From Acidobacteriota bacterium (GTDB taxonomy: Bacteria > Acidobacteriota > Thermoanaerobaculia > UBA5066 > Gp7-AA6): a stretch of 64,000 bases of DNA. Location: positions 305 through 64,304 of the forward strand of contig JBDTOO010000018.1 in assembly GCA_039933215.1 (NCBI GenBank), written 5' to 3'. Under the pieces are notes generated by a model. The model saw nothing but the letters and a program-made list of their open reading frames with translations. It did no database searches and was not told the DNA's origin. Position numbers and translations under genes: made by a program. Shown one piece after another: positions 9,184-17,103 of this stretch. Position 1 is the first letter of the stretch; each line of letters opens with the position of its first letter.

Positions 9184-9272
9184 AATTTTTCGGCTCCTTT
9201 CCGGAAGCCCGTCCTGCGGGAATGTCCCGATGGACGCGCCCGTTCGACGTTCCGAACCGACAAGGAGCGCCG

Positions 9273-10289
9273 ATGAAATTCCGGATGCCCGTCCCGGTGC
9301 CGCTTCTCTCTCTGCTCGCCGCCTCTTCCATGCTGGCGCAGGCGGCTCCGCCCGCCGGTCCGCTCCCGGCCGCGACGCCCGTTCCGGCGGCAGCCGCCGT
9401 GCCCGCCGCGGCGCCAACGCCTCCCGCGGACATCGACGTACGCATGATCCGTTTCAAGATCTCCGCCGGAGATCTTGCGAGCGCGGAATCGATCCTCGAG
9501 TCCCACCGCGCCGCGAAGGGGGAGGACGACGATTACCTCATGGGGCTCGCGTGGGTCGCGCGCGGCGCCGCGCTGACGGGAGACTGGGCCGCCGCGAAGA
9601 CATGGGCCGACCGAGCGCGTCAGGCGGCCGAATCGAAGCTGAAGACCGCCATCGACTACGAGTCGCAGCGCGAGGCGCTGTATCTGCTCGGGACCTCGAT
9701 CGAGGTCCGGGCGCAGGCGCTCGTCGCGGCGGGGAAGACCGCGGACGCGATCCGATTCCTCGAGGAGAGCGCGAAGGCACAGGACGCGGCGCAGAGGCCC
9801 TACAATCTCCGTGCGCGGATCTGGAAGCGCCGCAACATGATTGAGCTCTCCGGAAAGCCCGCTCCCGCGATCCGCGCAGAGGACCGCGTGGGCGGGGAGG
9901 CCCCTTCCATCGAGTCGCTTCGCGGCAAGCCGGTGGTCCTGTATTTCTGGTGGGAGGCGTGCGGTGACTGCCGGATGCAGGCGGACGCGTTCCGCAGGAC
10001 CGTGGAGAAGTACGCACCGAGGGGCGTGGCGTTCCTCGCTCCGACGCGCTACTACCACGTGGGCGGCCACGCGGAGGAGAAGGGCGAAATCGAGAAAATG
10101 TGGAGCGAGGTCTATAAGCTCACGGGCTCCGTCCCCGTTGTGGTCTCGGACGAGGCCATGCTGCGCTACGGAGTCTCGGCGACCCCGACGTTCGTTTTCG
10201 TGAACCGGAAGGGGATCGTCACGCGCTACGCGCCGACGCGCATGACGGAAGAGCGTCTCGCCGCGGCGATCGAAGAGATCCTGAAGTGA
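9273..10289 (+). CDS. Secreted TlpA/redoxin-like thiol:disulfide oxidoreductase with an N-terminal helical (TPR-like) domain
   Basis: AAGGAG lies 6 nt upstream of ATG 9273. Signal peptide MKFRMPVPVPLLSLLAASSMLAQA. Thioredoxin-fold region GKPVVLYFWWEACGDCRMQ (CxxC) ...YGVSATPTFVFVNRKG. Confidence 0.85.
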   Translation: MKFRMPVPVPLLSLLAASSMLAQAAPPAGPLPAATPVPAAAAVPAAAPTPPADIDVRMIRFKISAGDLASAESILESHRAAKGEDDDYLMGLAWVARGAALTGDWAAAKTWADRARQAAESKLKTAIDYESQREALYLLGTSIEVRAQALVAAGKTADAIRFLEESAKAQDAAQRPYNLRARIWKRRNMIELSGKPAPAIRAEDRVGGEAPSIESLRGKPVVLYFWWEACGDCRMQADAFRRTVEKYAPRGVAFLAPTRYYHVGGHAEEKGEIEKMWSEVYKLTGSVPVVVSDEAMLRYGVSATPTFVFVNRKGIVTRYAPTRMTEERLAAAIEEILK

Positions 10290-10292
10290 CGA

Positions 10293-10324
10293 CTCGGGGG
10301 GAGGGGTCGCCCCCCTCCCCCGAG
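10293..10324. terminator. GC-rich hairpin between convergent genes (putative bidirectional terminator)
   Basis: CTCGGGGGGAGGGG-TCGC-CCCCCTCCCCCGAG, a 14-nt near-perfect inverted repeat. It has no flanking U-tract, so intrinsic termination is uncertain. Confidence 0.45.
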
Positions 10325-10383
10325 CTCTACGTCGAGCCGCTCCGAATGCGCGATGCCCGTCGACCCCTCGAATCGAATCGAGA

Positions 10384-10554
10384 TCAGTGGGTGATCGTCG
10401 CTTCCTTCAGGTGAGTACCGGTCGCGCACGTCTGAATCAGCACGGGGCGGGCCTTGCCCCCCTTCACGCTGCGAGCCTGCCTGGCCGACAGCGTCTTGGG
10501 TTTGAGAGCTCCGGCACCCGCGCGTTTCTTCCCTTTGGCCGTTTTCTTGTTCAT
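10384..10554 (-). CDS. GG-leader precursor peptide P1 (56 aa)
   Basis: MNKKTAKGKKRAGAGALKPKTLSARQARSVKGG|KARPVLIQTCATGTHLKEATITH. AGGAGG lies 5 nt upstream of ATG 10554. The leader is shared with P2-P6. The track shows it only as the tail of the artefactual 277-aa ORF 10384..11217. Confidence 0.8.
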   Translation of the reverse strand: MNKKTAKGKKRAGAGALKPKTLSARQARSVKGGKARPVLIQTCATGTHLKEATITH

Positions 10555-10616
10555 GCCGCCTCCTGCGCTTGTGATTGTTCCGCCGCGATCAGCGCGACGG
10601 TCGGCCGCCCTTCCGT

Positions 10617-10793
10617 TCAAGGCTTGATGTCGTACTTGAAATGGATCCCGGCGTCCAGACTCCCGTCGGTTTTCCCGGGCTTGTATTGGAGCGACGTTTC
10701 CCCCCCTTTGACGTTCCGGGCCTGCTTCGCGCTCAGCGTCTTCGCGCCGAGACTCCGAACCGATTTTTTCGCCTTCGCAGGTTTCTTCTTCAT
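10617..10793 (-). CDS. GG-leader precursor peptide P2 (58 aa)
   Basis: Hand translation: MKKKPAKAKKSVRSLGAKTLSAKQARNVKGG|ETSLQYKPGKTDGSLDAGIHFKYDIKP. GAGGAG lies 6 nt upstream of ATG 10793. Not in the ORF track (below 60 aa). Confidence 0.8.
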   Translation of the reverse strand: MKKKPAKAKKSVRSLGAKTLSAKQARNVKGGETSLQYKPGKTDGSLDAGIHFKYDIKP

Positions 10794-10818
10794 GTCTGGC
10801 TCCTCTGTCGAATTGGAA

Positions 10819-10834
10819 AGCAGCCCGGATGCCA
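10819..10834 (-). promoter_or_regulatory. Sigma-54 (-24/-12) promoter upstream of P2
   Basis: The minus strand reads TGGCAT-CCGGG-CTGCT with GG-N10-GC spacing (consensus TGGCAC-N5-TTGCW). It sits about 25 nt upstream of the P2 ATG. Confidence 0.65.
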
Positions 10835-10979
10835 GTCACCCCACGCGTTGAAGAGGCCTTCCGGGGCGGCTTTGCCCGCGGAGGCCGCGGCGGGTGGCCG
10901 GGGATGGATCGAACGTGAGACACGGATGGTGTCGATATGGGGCCGTCTAAGAACCACACCCCCCCTGCCATTTCTTTCA

Positions 10980-11159
10980 TCAGGTGATCAGTATGTCGTT
11001 CATCTTGACGATGAGGTACTCGTGCTGCTCCTTCCCGGCCTTGCGGCCCCCTTTGACATCCCGGGCGTTTCTGGCGCTCAGCGTTTTCGCGGGCAGATCC
11101 TTGACCCTCTTGTTCGCCTTCCCCTTCGCCTTCGCCTTTCCCGTTTTCTGCTTGTTCAT
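10980..11159 (-). CDS. GG-leader precursor peptide P3 (59 aa)
   Basis: Hand translation: MNKQKTGKAKAKGKANKRVKDLPAKTLSARNARDVKGG|RKAGKEQHEYLIVKMNDILIT. AGGAGG lies 5 nt upstream of ATG 11159. Not in the ORF track. Confidence 0.8.
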   Translation of the reverse strand: MNKQKTGKAKAKGKANKRVKDLPAKTLSARNARDVKGGRKAGKEQHEYLIVKMNDILIT

Positions 11160-11182
11160 CCTGCCTCCTGGTCCGCTTTGGA

Positions 11183-11198
11183 AGCAGACCCGGTGCCA
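11183..11198 (-). promoter_or_regulatory. Sigma-54 (-24/-12) promoter upstream of P3
   Basis: The minus strand reads TGGCAC-CGGGT-CTGCT with correct GG-N10-GC spacing, about 23 nt upstream of the P3 ATG. Confidence 0.7.
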
Positions 11199-11299
11199 CC
11201 CGCTCGGATTCCCTCACCAGGGCCGTTCGCGCCGTTATCTCGCGATTCCGCCGCGAGCGGGCTTCCGGCGTTGGACCGATTCTGAGACAATGGTCGGCG

Positions 11300-11305
11300 T
11301 ATAAT
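11300..11305 (+). promoter_or_regulatory. Candidate sigma-70 -10 box (TATAAT) upstream of the exporter operon
   Basis: A perfect TATAAT lies 28 nt upstream of TTG 11334. No convincing -35 at 17-nt spacing (TTGGAC lies 23 nt away). Confidence 0.3.
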
Positions 11306-11333
11306 CGGTCACTTCTCGGTCGCCACCCACGCT

Positions 11334-12401
11334 TTGGATGCGATGAAATCTCTTCTCGACCTTCCCGCGTTCGCCGTCGGCGAAGAAACGTACAGTTGGC
11401 AGGACGTCGTCCTGGCAGCGATGGTCCGCGGGGACTGGGCGGCTCTGGAAGTGCAGACCCGGGAAGGACTTGCGCTCGCGCACTGGGCAGAGAATGCCGG
11501 CGAAAGGCCGTCCGACGAGGACCTGGACGCCGTGGCGCAGGAGTTCCGCTACGAGCGGGACCTGATAGCCGCCGAGGAAATGGAAGTCTGGCTCGCTCGC
11601 TTCGGGCTCACCGTCGATGATTGGATGGGGGCCATCGAGCGCGCCATGCTTCGGTCGGCGCATCCCGAGGAGGTGGGCGACGCTCTCGCGCGATTCTCCG
11701 TCGACGAATCCGAGGTCTCGCGGAGCGCGCCGGCGGACGCCGTCTGTTCCGGCGCTCTCCCGCGGTTCGCGATGGCTCTCGCCGCCCGCGCCGCGATCGC
11801 CAACCGGTCCGGCGCCGAACCGCCGCGCGCCTTCGAGGAAGGGCGAAGCGCGGAACGGACCGGGCGGATGAGCTCCATCGATGCCGCGTTCGCGCGGCTC
11901 GGCTTCCCGCCCGCGAACGATGGGCGCGTCGCCGCTCTCGCCCGGCTCGAGGAGGGGTTCGAGGAGTTCTCCCGCCGTCTCGCGGACCCGTCGGCGATTC
12001 GAGGGCAGATCGAGGCGCATCGGCTCGACTGGATCCTGCTCGACTGGCGGGCGTTGGTCTTCTCCGAGGAGGCGGCCGCGCGCGAAGCCGCTCTCTGCCT
12101 GCGCGAAGACGGCGAGTCCCTCGAAGCCGTGGCGGAGGACGCCCATCTCTCCATCGTCGAGACACGCGCCTACCTCGGCGACGTCGACGCGAGCGCGCGG
12201 CCCGAACTGCTGAGCGCCCGCCCCGGCGATTTCGTTGGACCGCTCCGGATCGAGGACGTTTTCCACGTGCTTCAATTGCGCGGCAAGACCATGCCGTCCG
12301 AGGAGGATCCGGAAGTCCGCAACCGAGCGGAGACGAGCCTGAGGTCGAAGGTCACGGATCAAGAGGTCGCCGCGCGGGTCCGGTGGCACGATCCGGTCTA
12401 G
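11334..12401 (+). CDS. Hypothetical protein with a degenerate parvulin (PpiC)-like C-terminal region; candidate peptide-maturation or chaperone factor
   Basis: 355-aa ORF with good coding character, first gene of the exporter operon. C-terminal ...LLSARPGDFVGPLRIEDVFHVLQLRG... resembles the parvulin G-x-(V/I)-S-x-P-V-x-T-x-x-G-(Y/F)-H-(I/V) segment. Start is TTG 11334 or ATG 11343. Confidence 0.75.
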   Translation: MDAMKSLLDLPAFAVGEETYSWQDVVLAAMVRGDWAALEVQTREGLALAHWAENAGERPSDEDLDAVAQEFRYERDLIAAEEMEVWLARFGLTVDDWMGAIERAMLRSAHPEEVGDALARFSVDESEVSRSAPADAVCSGALPRFAMALAARAAIANRSGAEPPRAFEEGRSAERTGRMSSIDAAFARLGFPPANDGRVAALARLEEGFEEFSRRLADPSAIRGQIEAHRLDWILLDWRALVFSEEAAAREAALCLREDGESLEAVAEDAHLSIVETRAYLGDVDASARPELLSARPGDFVGPLRIEDVFHVLQLRGKTMPSEEDPEVRNRAETSLRSKVTDQEVAARVRWHDPV

Positions 12402-12732
12402 CAGGCGGCTGACAAAAGGATGCGAGCTTTCGGCCGGGGGCATGTGCTGAGAGAGTCGAAAGTGGAGGGCTGAAATTGGGAGGTCTTCTCGAGAGTTCTC
12501 GGCTGCCGGTCGTATCGCGACCGCCGCAGCCGAAAGCCGGGCGGGGCCGTCTGCGGCTTCGCCGCTCCTCCCCGAAGCGAAGGGGCATCGCCGTTCGTCG
12601 CGGATCCTTACATCCGACACCGCGGCGCTCGCCTCCCGCCCACCGAAGGCAGGCCCCCGGCAGTCGGGTACGCCGGCTACCGCCGGCGTTGACCCGCCCC
12701 ACACCGTTCTTCGGCAGCCTGATAGGGAAATC

Positions 12733-15700
12733 ATGAACGAGCGGGAGCTTCTCGACGAACTGCCGATCCTGCGGCTGCTGCCGGCAGAGGCGCGCTCTCT
12801 CGTCGTGGGCAGCTTCATCCCGGTGTCGTTTGCTTTCGGAGACACGATCGTCCGGGAGGGCGATCCGGCCGACGCCTTCTACGTGCTGGCCGCCGGCCGG
12901 GCGCGGATCGTCAAAAAGGGCGACGGCGGGGGAGAGATCCCGTTGAACAGCCTGCGTGCCGGCGACAGCTTCGGGGAGATGGGCCTGCTCGACCATTCGA
13001 CCCGGACCGCGTCGGTCCGCGCGTCGAGCGACGTTCGCGCCTGGCGCCTGGACAAGTCCGTCTTCCAGGCGCTGATCGCACAGAGCCCCGAGATCCGCCA
13101 GTACTTCGAGCTGCAGGTCCGCCACCGCCAGCTTTCGAATTTCTTCCGGGACTTCACGCCGTTCACGCGGCTTCCGCCGCCGGGCATGGCCCTGCTTCTC
13201 GGCAATCTCGAGAGCGTTCCGTTCGAGCCCGGCTCGGTCGTCGTGCGGCAGGGAGCCGAGCCCGGACCGATGTACTTCGTCGAATCCGGGCATCTTCGCG
13301 TCTTCACCGAGGACCCGGAGGGGCGACGGACGTACGTCGCCTACCTGCGCAAGGGGGACTTCTTCGGCGAGCTCTCCGTCTTCCGGGGATCCCGCCGTAC
13401 GGCGTCCGTGGAGGCGGTATCTGCCTGCCGGCTGCTCGCCCTGCACGCGGAGACTCTGCGCACGCTTCTCGATCGCTTCCCGGAGTTCCGATCTCAGATC
13501 GAGGAGCGCATCGCGCAGTACGACTACAAGGAGGCCGCGCGGGTCCCTCTCGACTTCGCCGAAGAGATCCTGCCCGCCGAGGCGTCGGCGCAGGAACAGG
13601 TCGGGTCGGACCAGGTCGAGCAAGGGGAAGAGGAAACGCGGGATCGCGCCGGGGAGCCCGGTGGGGCGTTCGAAGAGGAGGGACTCTTCGTCAAGAAGCC
13701 CGGACGCATCCGGCGCTTTCCGTTCGTCCGCCAGATCGACGAAGTGGACTGTGGGGCCGCCGCGCTCGCGATGGTATGCCGGCATTTCGGGCGAGCCGTG
13801 AGCCTCGCGCGCATCCGGCAACTCGTGCATACCTCGCTCGACGGCACGAGCCTGCGGGGAATCTGCGGCGCGGCCACGGAGCTCGGGCTCGCCGCGCGGT
13901 CCGTCAAGGCTTCCTCGCGGAATCTGGACGAGATGCCGCTTCCCGCGATCCTGCATTGGGAAGGGAACCACTGGGTGGTCCTTTACGACGTGACGGAGAC
14001 CCACTGCCGCGTCGCGGATTCCGCGATCGGGCTGCGGCGGTTCTCCCGCGCCGAATTCGAGAAGCGGTGGACGGGCTACGCCGCGCTGTTCGACTACACG
14101 AGCGAATTCGAGAACGCTCCCGTCGCCGTCTCGAACCTGGCCTGGCTGCGCCCCTTCTTCCGGCCCTTTACGAAGATCCTGCTCCAGGCCCTCGGCCTCT
14201 CGATCGTCGTCGCGGCTCTGCAGATGGTCCTGCCTGTCTTCACGCAGGTGATCGTCGACCGGGTGCTCGTGGAAAGGGACGTGTCGCTTCTGAACCTCCT
14301 CATGCTCGGCATGGGCGTCGTCATCGTCTTCCTGGTGCTGTCACTCGCCGTGCAGCGTTATCTGCTCAGCTTCGTGGCGGTGCGCGTCGACGCTTCAACG
14401 CTCGACTACCTGACGCGCAAGATGCTGGGCCTCCCCATGAGCTACTTCACGACCCGGCGCACCGGCGACATCCAGCGGCGTCTCGAAGGGATTCGCCAGG
14501 TCCGGGAGTTCCTCGTCCAGAGCGGCGTGGCCGGGGTCACCGCCGCGACGCAGCTCGCGGCGAGCCTCCTCCTGATGCTTCTCTACAGCCGGACTCTCAC
14601 CCTGGTGTTCCTCGCGACGGCTCCCGTCTACGGGTTGCTGATGTTCTATTCGTCGCGATGGCTCCGGCCGATCTTCGACGTCGTCGAGGATTCCTTCGGC
14701 AAGTACCACTCGTACCAGATCGATGCGATCAAGGGGATCGAGACCGTCAAGGCCATGGGCGCCGAGGGTTCATTCCGCAATCTGATGCTCGGGCAGTTCC
14801 TGAGCGTCGCCCGCCGCCTCTTCCGCGCGGACTTCACCGTGATGGGATACCGAGGCGCGGTCCAGACGGTCACTCTGCTGACGACGGCGCTCTTTCTCGG
14901 TATCGGAGCGCGTCAGGTGATGGGCGGGGCGCTCACGATCGGCGGTCTGGTGGCCTTCAACGCGCTGGTGGCTCTCGCGAACGCCCCGATCCTGACCCTG
15001 CTGACGATCTGGGACAACTGGCAACACTCCGCCGTTCTCCTGAACCGCTTGAACGACGTCTTCGAGCAGGAGCCCGAGCAAGGGGCCGACCGCTCCCGCC
15101 TCGTACCGGTGCGGAGCCTGGAGGGACGGATCGAGCTCCACGACCTCGGCTTCTCATACGGGCCGGAGGCCCCCGAGATCCTGAAGGGCATCACGTTCGA
15201 CGTCGAGCCGGGCAAGCGGGTGGCGATCGTCGGCCGCAGCGGCTCGGGTAAGACGACGCTCGTGAAGTGCCTGGCGGGTCTGCTCGAGCCGACGGAAGGC
15301 GCGATTCGCTACGACGGCGTGGATCTCAAGACTCTCAACTATCGCGACCTCAGGCGCCAGGTCGGATTCGTTCTGCAGGACAACTTTCTCTTTTCCGACA
15401 CGATCGCCCGCAACATCGCCTTTGGCGAGGACGAGCCGGACATGGACCGCGTGCTCTGGGCTTCCCGCGTGGCGAACGCGCACGAGTTCGTCGAGCGGCT
15501 TCCCCTCGGGTACGACACGAAAGTGGGTGAGAGCGGGATCGCCGTATCCGGCGGGCAGAAGCAGCGGATCGCGATCGCCCGGTCCGTCTACGCCAAACCG
15601 CCGGTGTTGATTTTCGACGAGGCGACGAGCTCGCTCGACACCGAATCGGAGCGCGCGGTGCAGGAGAATCTCGCCCAGTTGCTGAAGGGAAGGACGTCCT

Positions 15701-15858
15701 TCGTGATCGCGCACCGGTTGAGCACGATCGTCGACTCGGACTGGATCCTCGTCCTGGAGAAGGGGCGCCTCGTCGAGCAGGGCACCCACGAGCAGCTCCT
15801 CGACCGCCGCGGCCTCTACTATTACCTCTCGAGCCAGCAGATCGGCCTCTCCACATGA
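12733..15858 (+). CDS. Peptidase-C39 ABC exporter (PCAT) with two N-terminal cyclic-nucleotide-binding domains
   Basis: Two CAP_ED-like domains (..FGDTIVREGDPADAFYVLAAGRARIV..GDSFGEMGLL..RTASVRA.. and ..PGSVVVRQGAEPGPMYFVESGHLRV..GDFFGELSVF..RTASVEA..). C39 domain with catalytic Cys (QIDEVDCGAAALAMV) and His (WEGNHWVVLYDV). Six-TM ABC domain. Walker A GRSGSGKTT, signature VSGGQKQR, Walker B VLIFDEATS. Confidence 0.93.
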   Translation: MNERELLDELPILRLLPAEARSLVVGSFIPVSFAFGDTIVREGDPADAFYVLAAGRARIVKKGDGGGEIPLNSLRAGDSFGEMGLLDHSTRTASVRASSDVRAWRLDKSVFQALIAQSPEIRQYFELQVRHRQLSNFFRDFTPFTRLPPPGMALLLGNLESVPFEPGSVVVRQGAEPGPMYFVESGHLRVFTEDPEGRRTYVAYLRKGDFFGELSVFRGSRRTASVEAVSACRLLALHAETLRTLLDRFPEFRSQIEERIAQYDYKEAARVPLDFAEEILPAEASAQEQVGSDQVEQGEEETRDRAGEPGGAFEEEGLFVKKPGRIRRFPFVRQIDEVDCGAAALAMVCRHFGRAVSLARIRQLVHTSLDGTSLRGICGAATELGLAARSVKASSRNLDEMPLPAILHWEGNHWVVLYDVTETHCRVADSAIGLRRFSRAEFEKRWTGYAALFDYTSEFENAPVAVSNLAWLRPFFRPFTKILLQALGLSIVVAALQMVLPVFTQVIVDRVLVERDVSLLNLLMLGMGVVIVFLVLSLAVQRYLLSFVAVRVDASTLDYLTRKMLGLPMSYFTTRRTGDIQRRLEGIRQVREFLVQSGVAGVTAATQLAASLLLMLLYSRTLTLVFLATAPVYGLLMFYSSRWLRPIFDVVEDSFGKYHSYQIDAIKGIETVKAMGAEGSFRNLMLGQFLSVARRLFRADFTVMGYRGAVQTVTLLTTALFLGIGARQVMGGALTIGGLVAFNALVALANAPILTLLTIWDNWQHSAVLLNRLNDVFEQEPEQGADRSRLVPVRSLEGRIELHDLGFSYGPEAPEILKGITFDVEPGKRVAIVGRSGSGKTTLVKCLAGLLEPTEGAIRYDGVDLKTLNYRDLRRQVGFVLQDNFLFSDTIARNIAFGEDEPDMDRVLWASRVANAHEFVERLPLGYDTKVGESGIAVSGGQKQRIAIARSVYAKPPVLIFDEATSSLDTESERAVQENLAQLLKGRTSFVIAHRLSTIVDSDWILVLEKGRLVEQGTHEQLLDRRGLYYYLSSQQIGLST

Positions 15859-17084
15859 ACGATTCCTCACCCGCCGCGGCGCCCGGCGAGGCCCCTTACC
15901 TGGACGTCGAACCGCCGGCATGGGCCGCGCGGTCGCTCGCGACGGTCCTGATCTCGCTGTTCGCGGTCCTCGCGATCGCCGCTCTGGCGGTCCACGTGCC
16001 GGAGACCATATCGGCTCAGTTCGTGATCGTGCCCGTCCGGGGCACCGACCCGGTGCGCGCGTTCCGGGACGGTATCGTCACCGAGGCGCGCGTTCGCGAC
16101 ACGCAGACCGTCCGGGCGGGAGAGACGCTGTTCGTCATCACCTCACCGGCCATCGGCGATCGTGCGGCGGAGTCGGCGGGTCTGCAGGCGCAGCTCGCCG
16201 GCGCCGGAGAGCGATCCGGCAACGTGCGGACCCGGTACGAGAACGAGCAGCGGGCGCGAGACGAAGAAGAGTCGCGCCTCCGGATCCGCCTCGCGAGCCT
16301 CGAGAAGACGATCCAGATGAACACGCAGCAGCTCTCGATCGCGGCGGAGCTGGCGGAGCGGCAGAAAAAGGCGTTCGACGAGGGGATCTCGAGCTGGTCG
16401 GATCTCGCCCGCGTCCGGCTGGAAATCAATCGGCTGCAGATCGAGGCGCAGCAGGCGCAGGCGGAACGGGACGAGATCCGGCGTGCGGTCGCGAAGTCGG
16501 CCCACGAGAATCTCGCCCGCCAGTCGGAGTTCCGCGAATCCGAGCGCTCCGCGGCGGAGGATCTCGGAAAGGCCCGCGTTCGCACGACCATGCTCGAGAA
16601 AGAGCTCGCACAGACGGGCAATCAGCTCACGGCGGCCGCTCCCTGCGCCGGCAGCGTGGTGAAGACCAACATCCGCGGCGTCGGCGCGGTGGTCCGCGAG
16701 GGCGACGTCCTCGCGGAAGTCGCCTGCCGGGGGGAAAGGCTCGAGGCGGAGCTCACCATTCCGCAGGACGGGATGGCGCTCCTGCGGCCGGGCCAGGACG
16801 TCAAGCTCCTCTACGACGCGTTCCCTTATCAGCGCTACGGCGTGCGGCTCGCGAGGGTTCGCTGGGTGAGCCCGGCCGGGACGGGCGAGCCCGGAAAGGC
16901 GTCCTTCCGGGCGCTCGCCGACCTGAAGGAAACCGACGTGCCGGTCCGGGGTCAGAGGAGGCCGGTCGAGTCCGGGATGGGCGGCCGGGCGCGCATCATC
17001 GTGGGCCGGCGGTCTCTCGTGTCCTACGTCTTCGAGCCGTTGCGCCAGTTGAAAGAGAGCCTGGCTCCGGTGCCCTCGAAATGA
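15855..17084 (+). CDS. HlyD-family periplasmic adaptor (membrane fusion protein)
   Basis: The start overlaps the exporter stop (ATGA). One N-terminal TM helix, a long coiled-coil (..LRIRLASLEKTIQMNTQQLSIAAELAERQKKAFDEG..EINRLQIEAQQAQAERDEI..) and a C-terminal beta-barrel segment. Confidence 0.9.
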   Translation: MNDSSPAAAPGEAPYLDVEPPAWAARSLATVLISLFAVLAIAALAVHVPETISAQFVIVPVRGTDPVRAFRDGIVTEARVRDTQTVRAGETLFVITSPAIGDRAAESAGLQAQLAGAGERSGNVRTRYENEQRARDEEESRLRIRLASLEKTIQMNTQQLSIAAELAERQKKAFDEGISSWSDLARVRLEINRLQIEAQQAQAERDEIRRAVAKSAHENLARQSEFRESERSAAEDLGKARVRTTMLEKELAQTGNQLTAAAPCAGSVVKTNIRGVGAVVREGDVLAEVACRGERLEAELTIPQDGMALLRPGQDVKLLYDAFPYQRYGVRLARVRWVSPAGTGEPGKASFRALADLKETDVPVRGQRRPVESGMGGRARIIVGRRSLVSYVFEPLRQLKESLAPVPSK

Positions 17085-17103
17085 GCCGCCGGGCGGAGGG
17101 CCG

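Noticed and set aside
10555-10616. A separate sigma-54 promoter for P1 (GGAACAATCACAAGCG), and one for P6 (TGGATCGCAACGGAGCG at about 19066..19082)
   Set aside because: The GG-to-GC spacing is 13 instead of 12 nt, and the flanking consensus is poor. P1 and P6 are more simply explained as second or third cistrons of the P2 and P7 transcripts.
10384-11217. 277-aa minus-strand ORF from the track, spanning the P1-P3 region
   Set aside because: Only its last 56 codons (P1) have an SD, a start and family support. The rest is Arg/Gly/Glu-rich read-through of intergenic DNA and of P2 and P3 in the wrong frame.
12689-12725. A sigma-70 promoter for the PCAT gene based on TTGACC at 12689..12694
   Set aside because: No acceptable -10 hexamer lies at 16-19 nt spacing (CGGCAG at 17 nt; TGATAG only at 25 nt).
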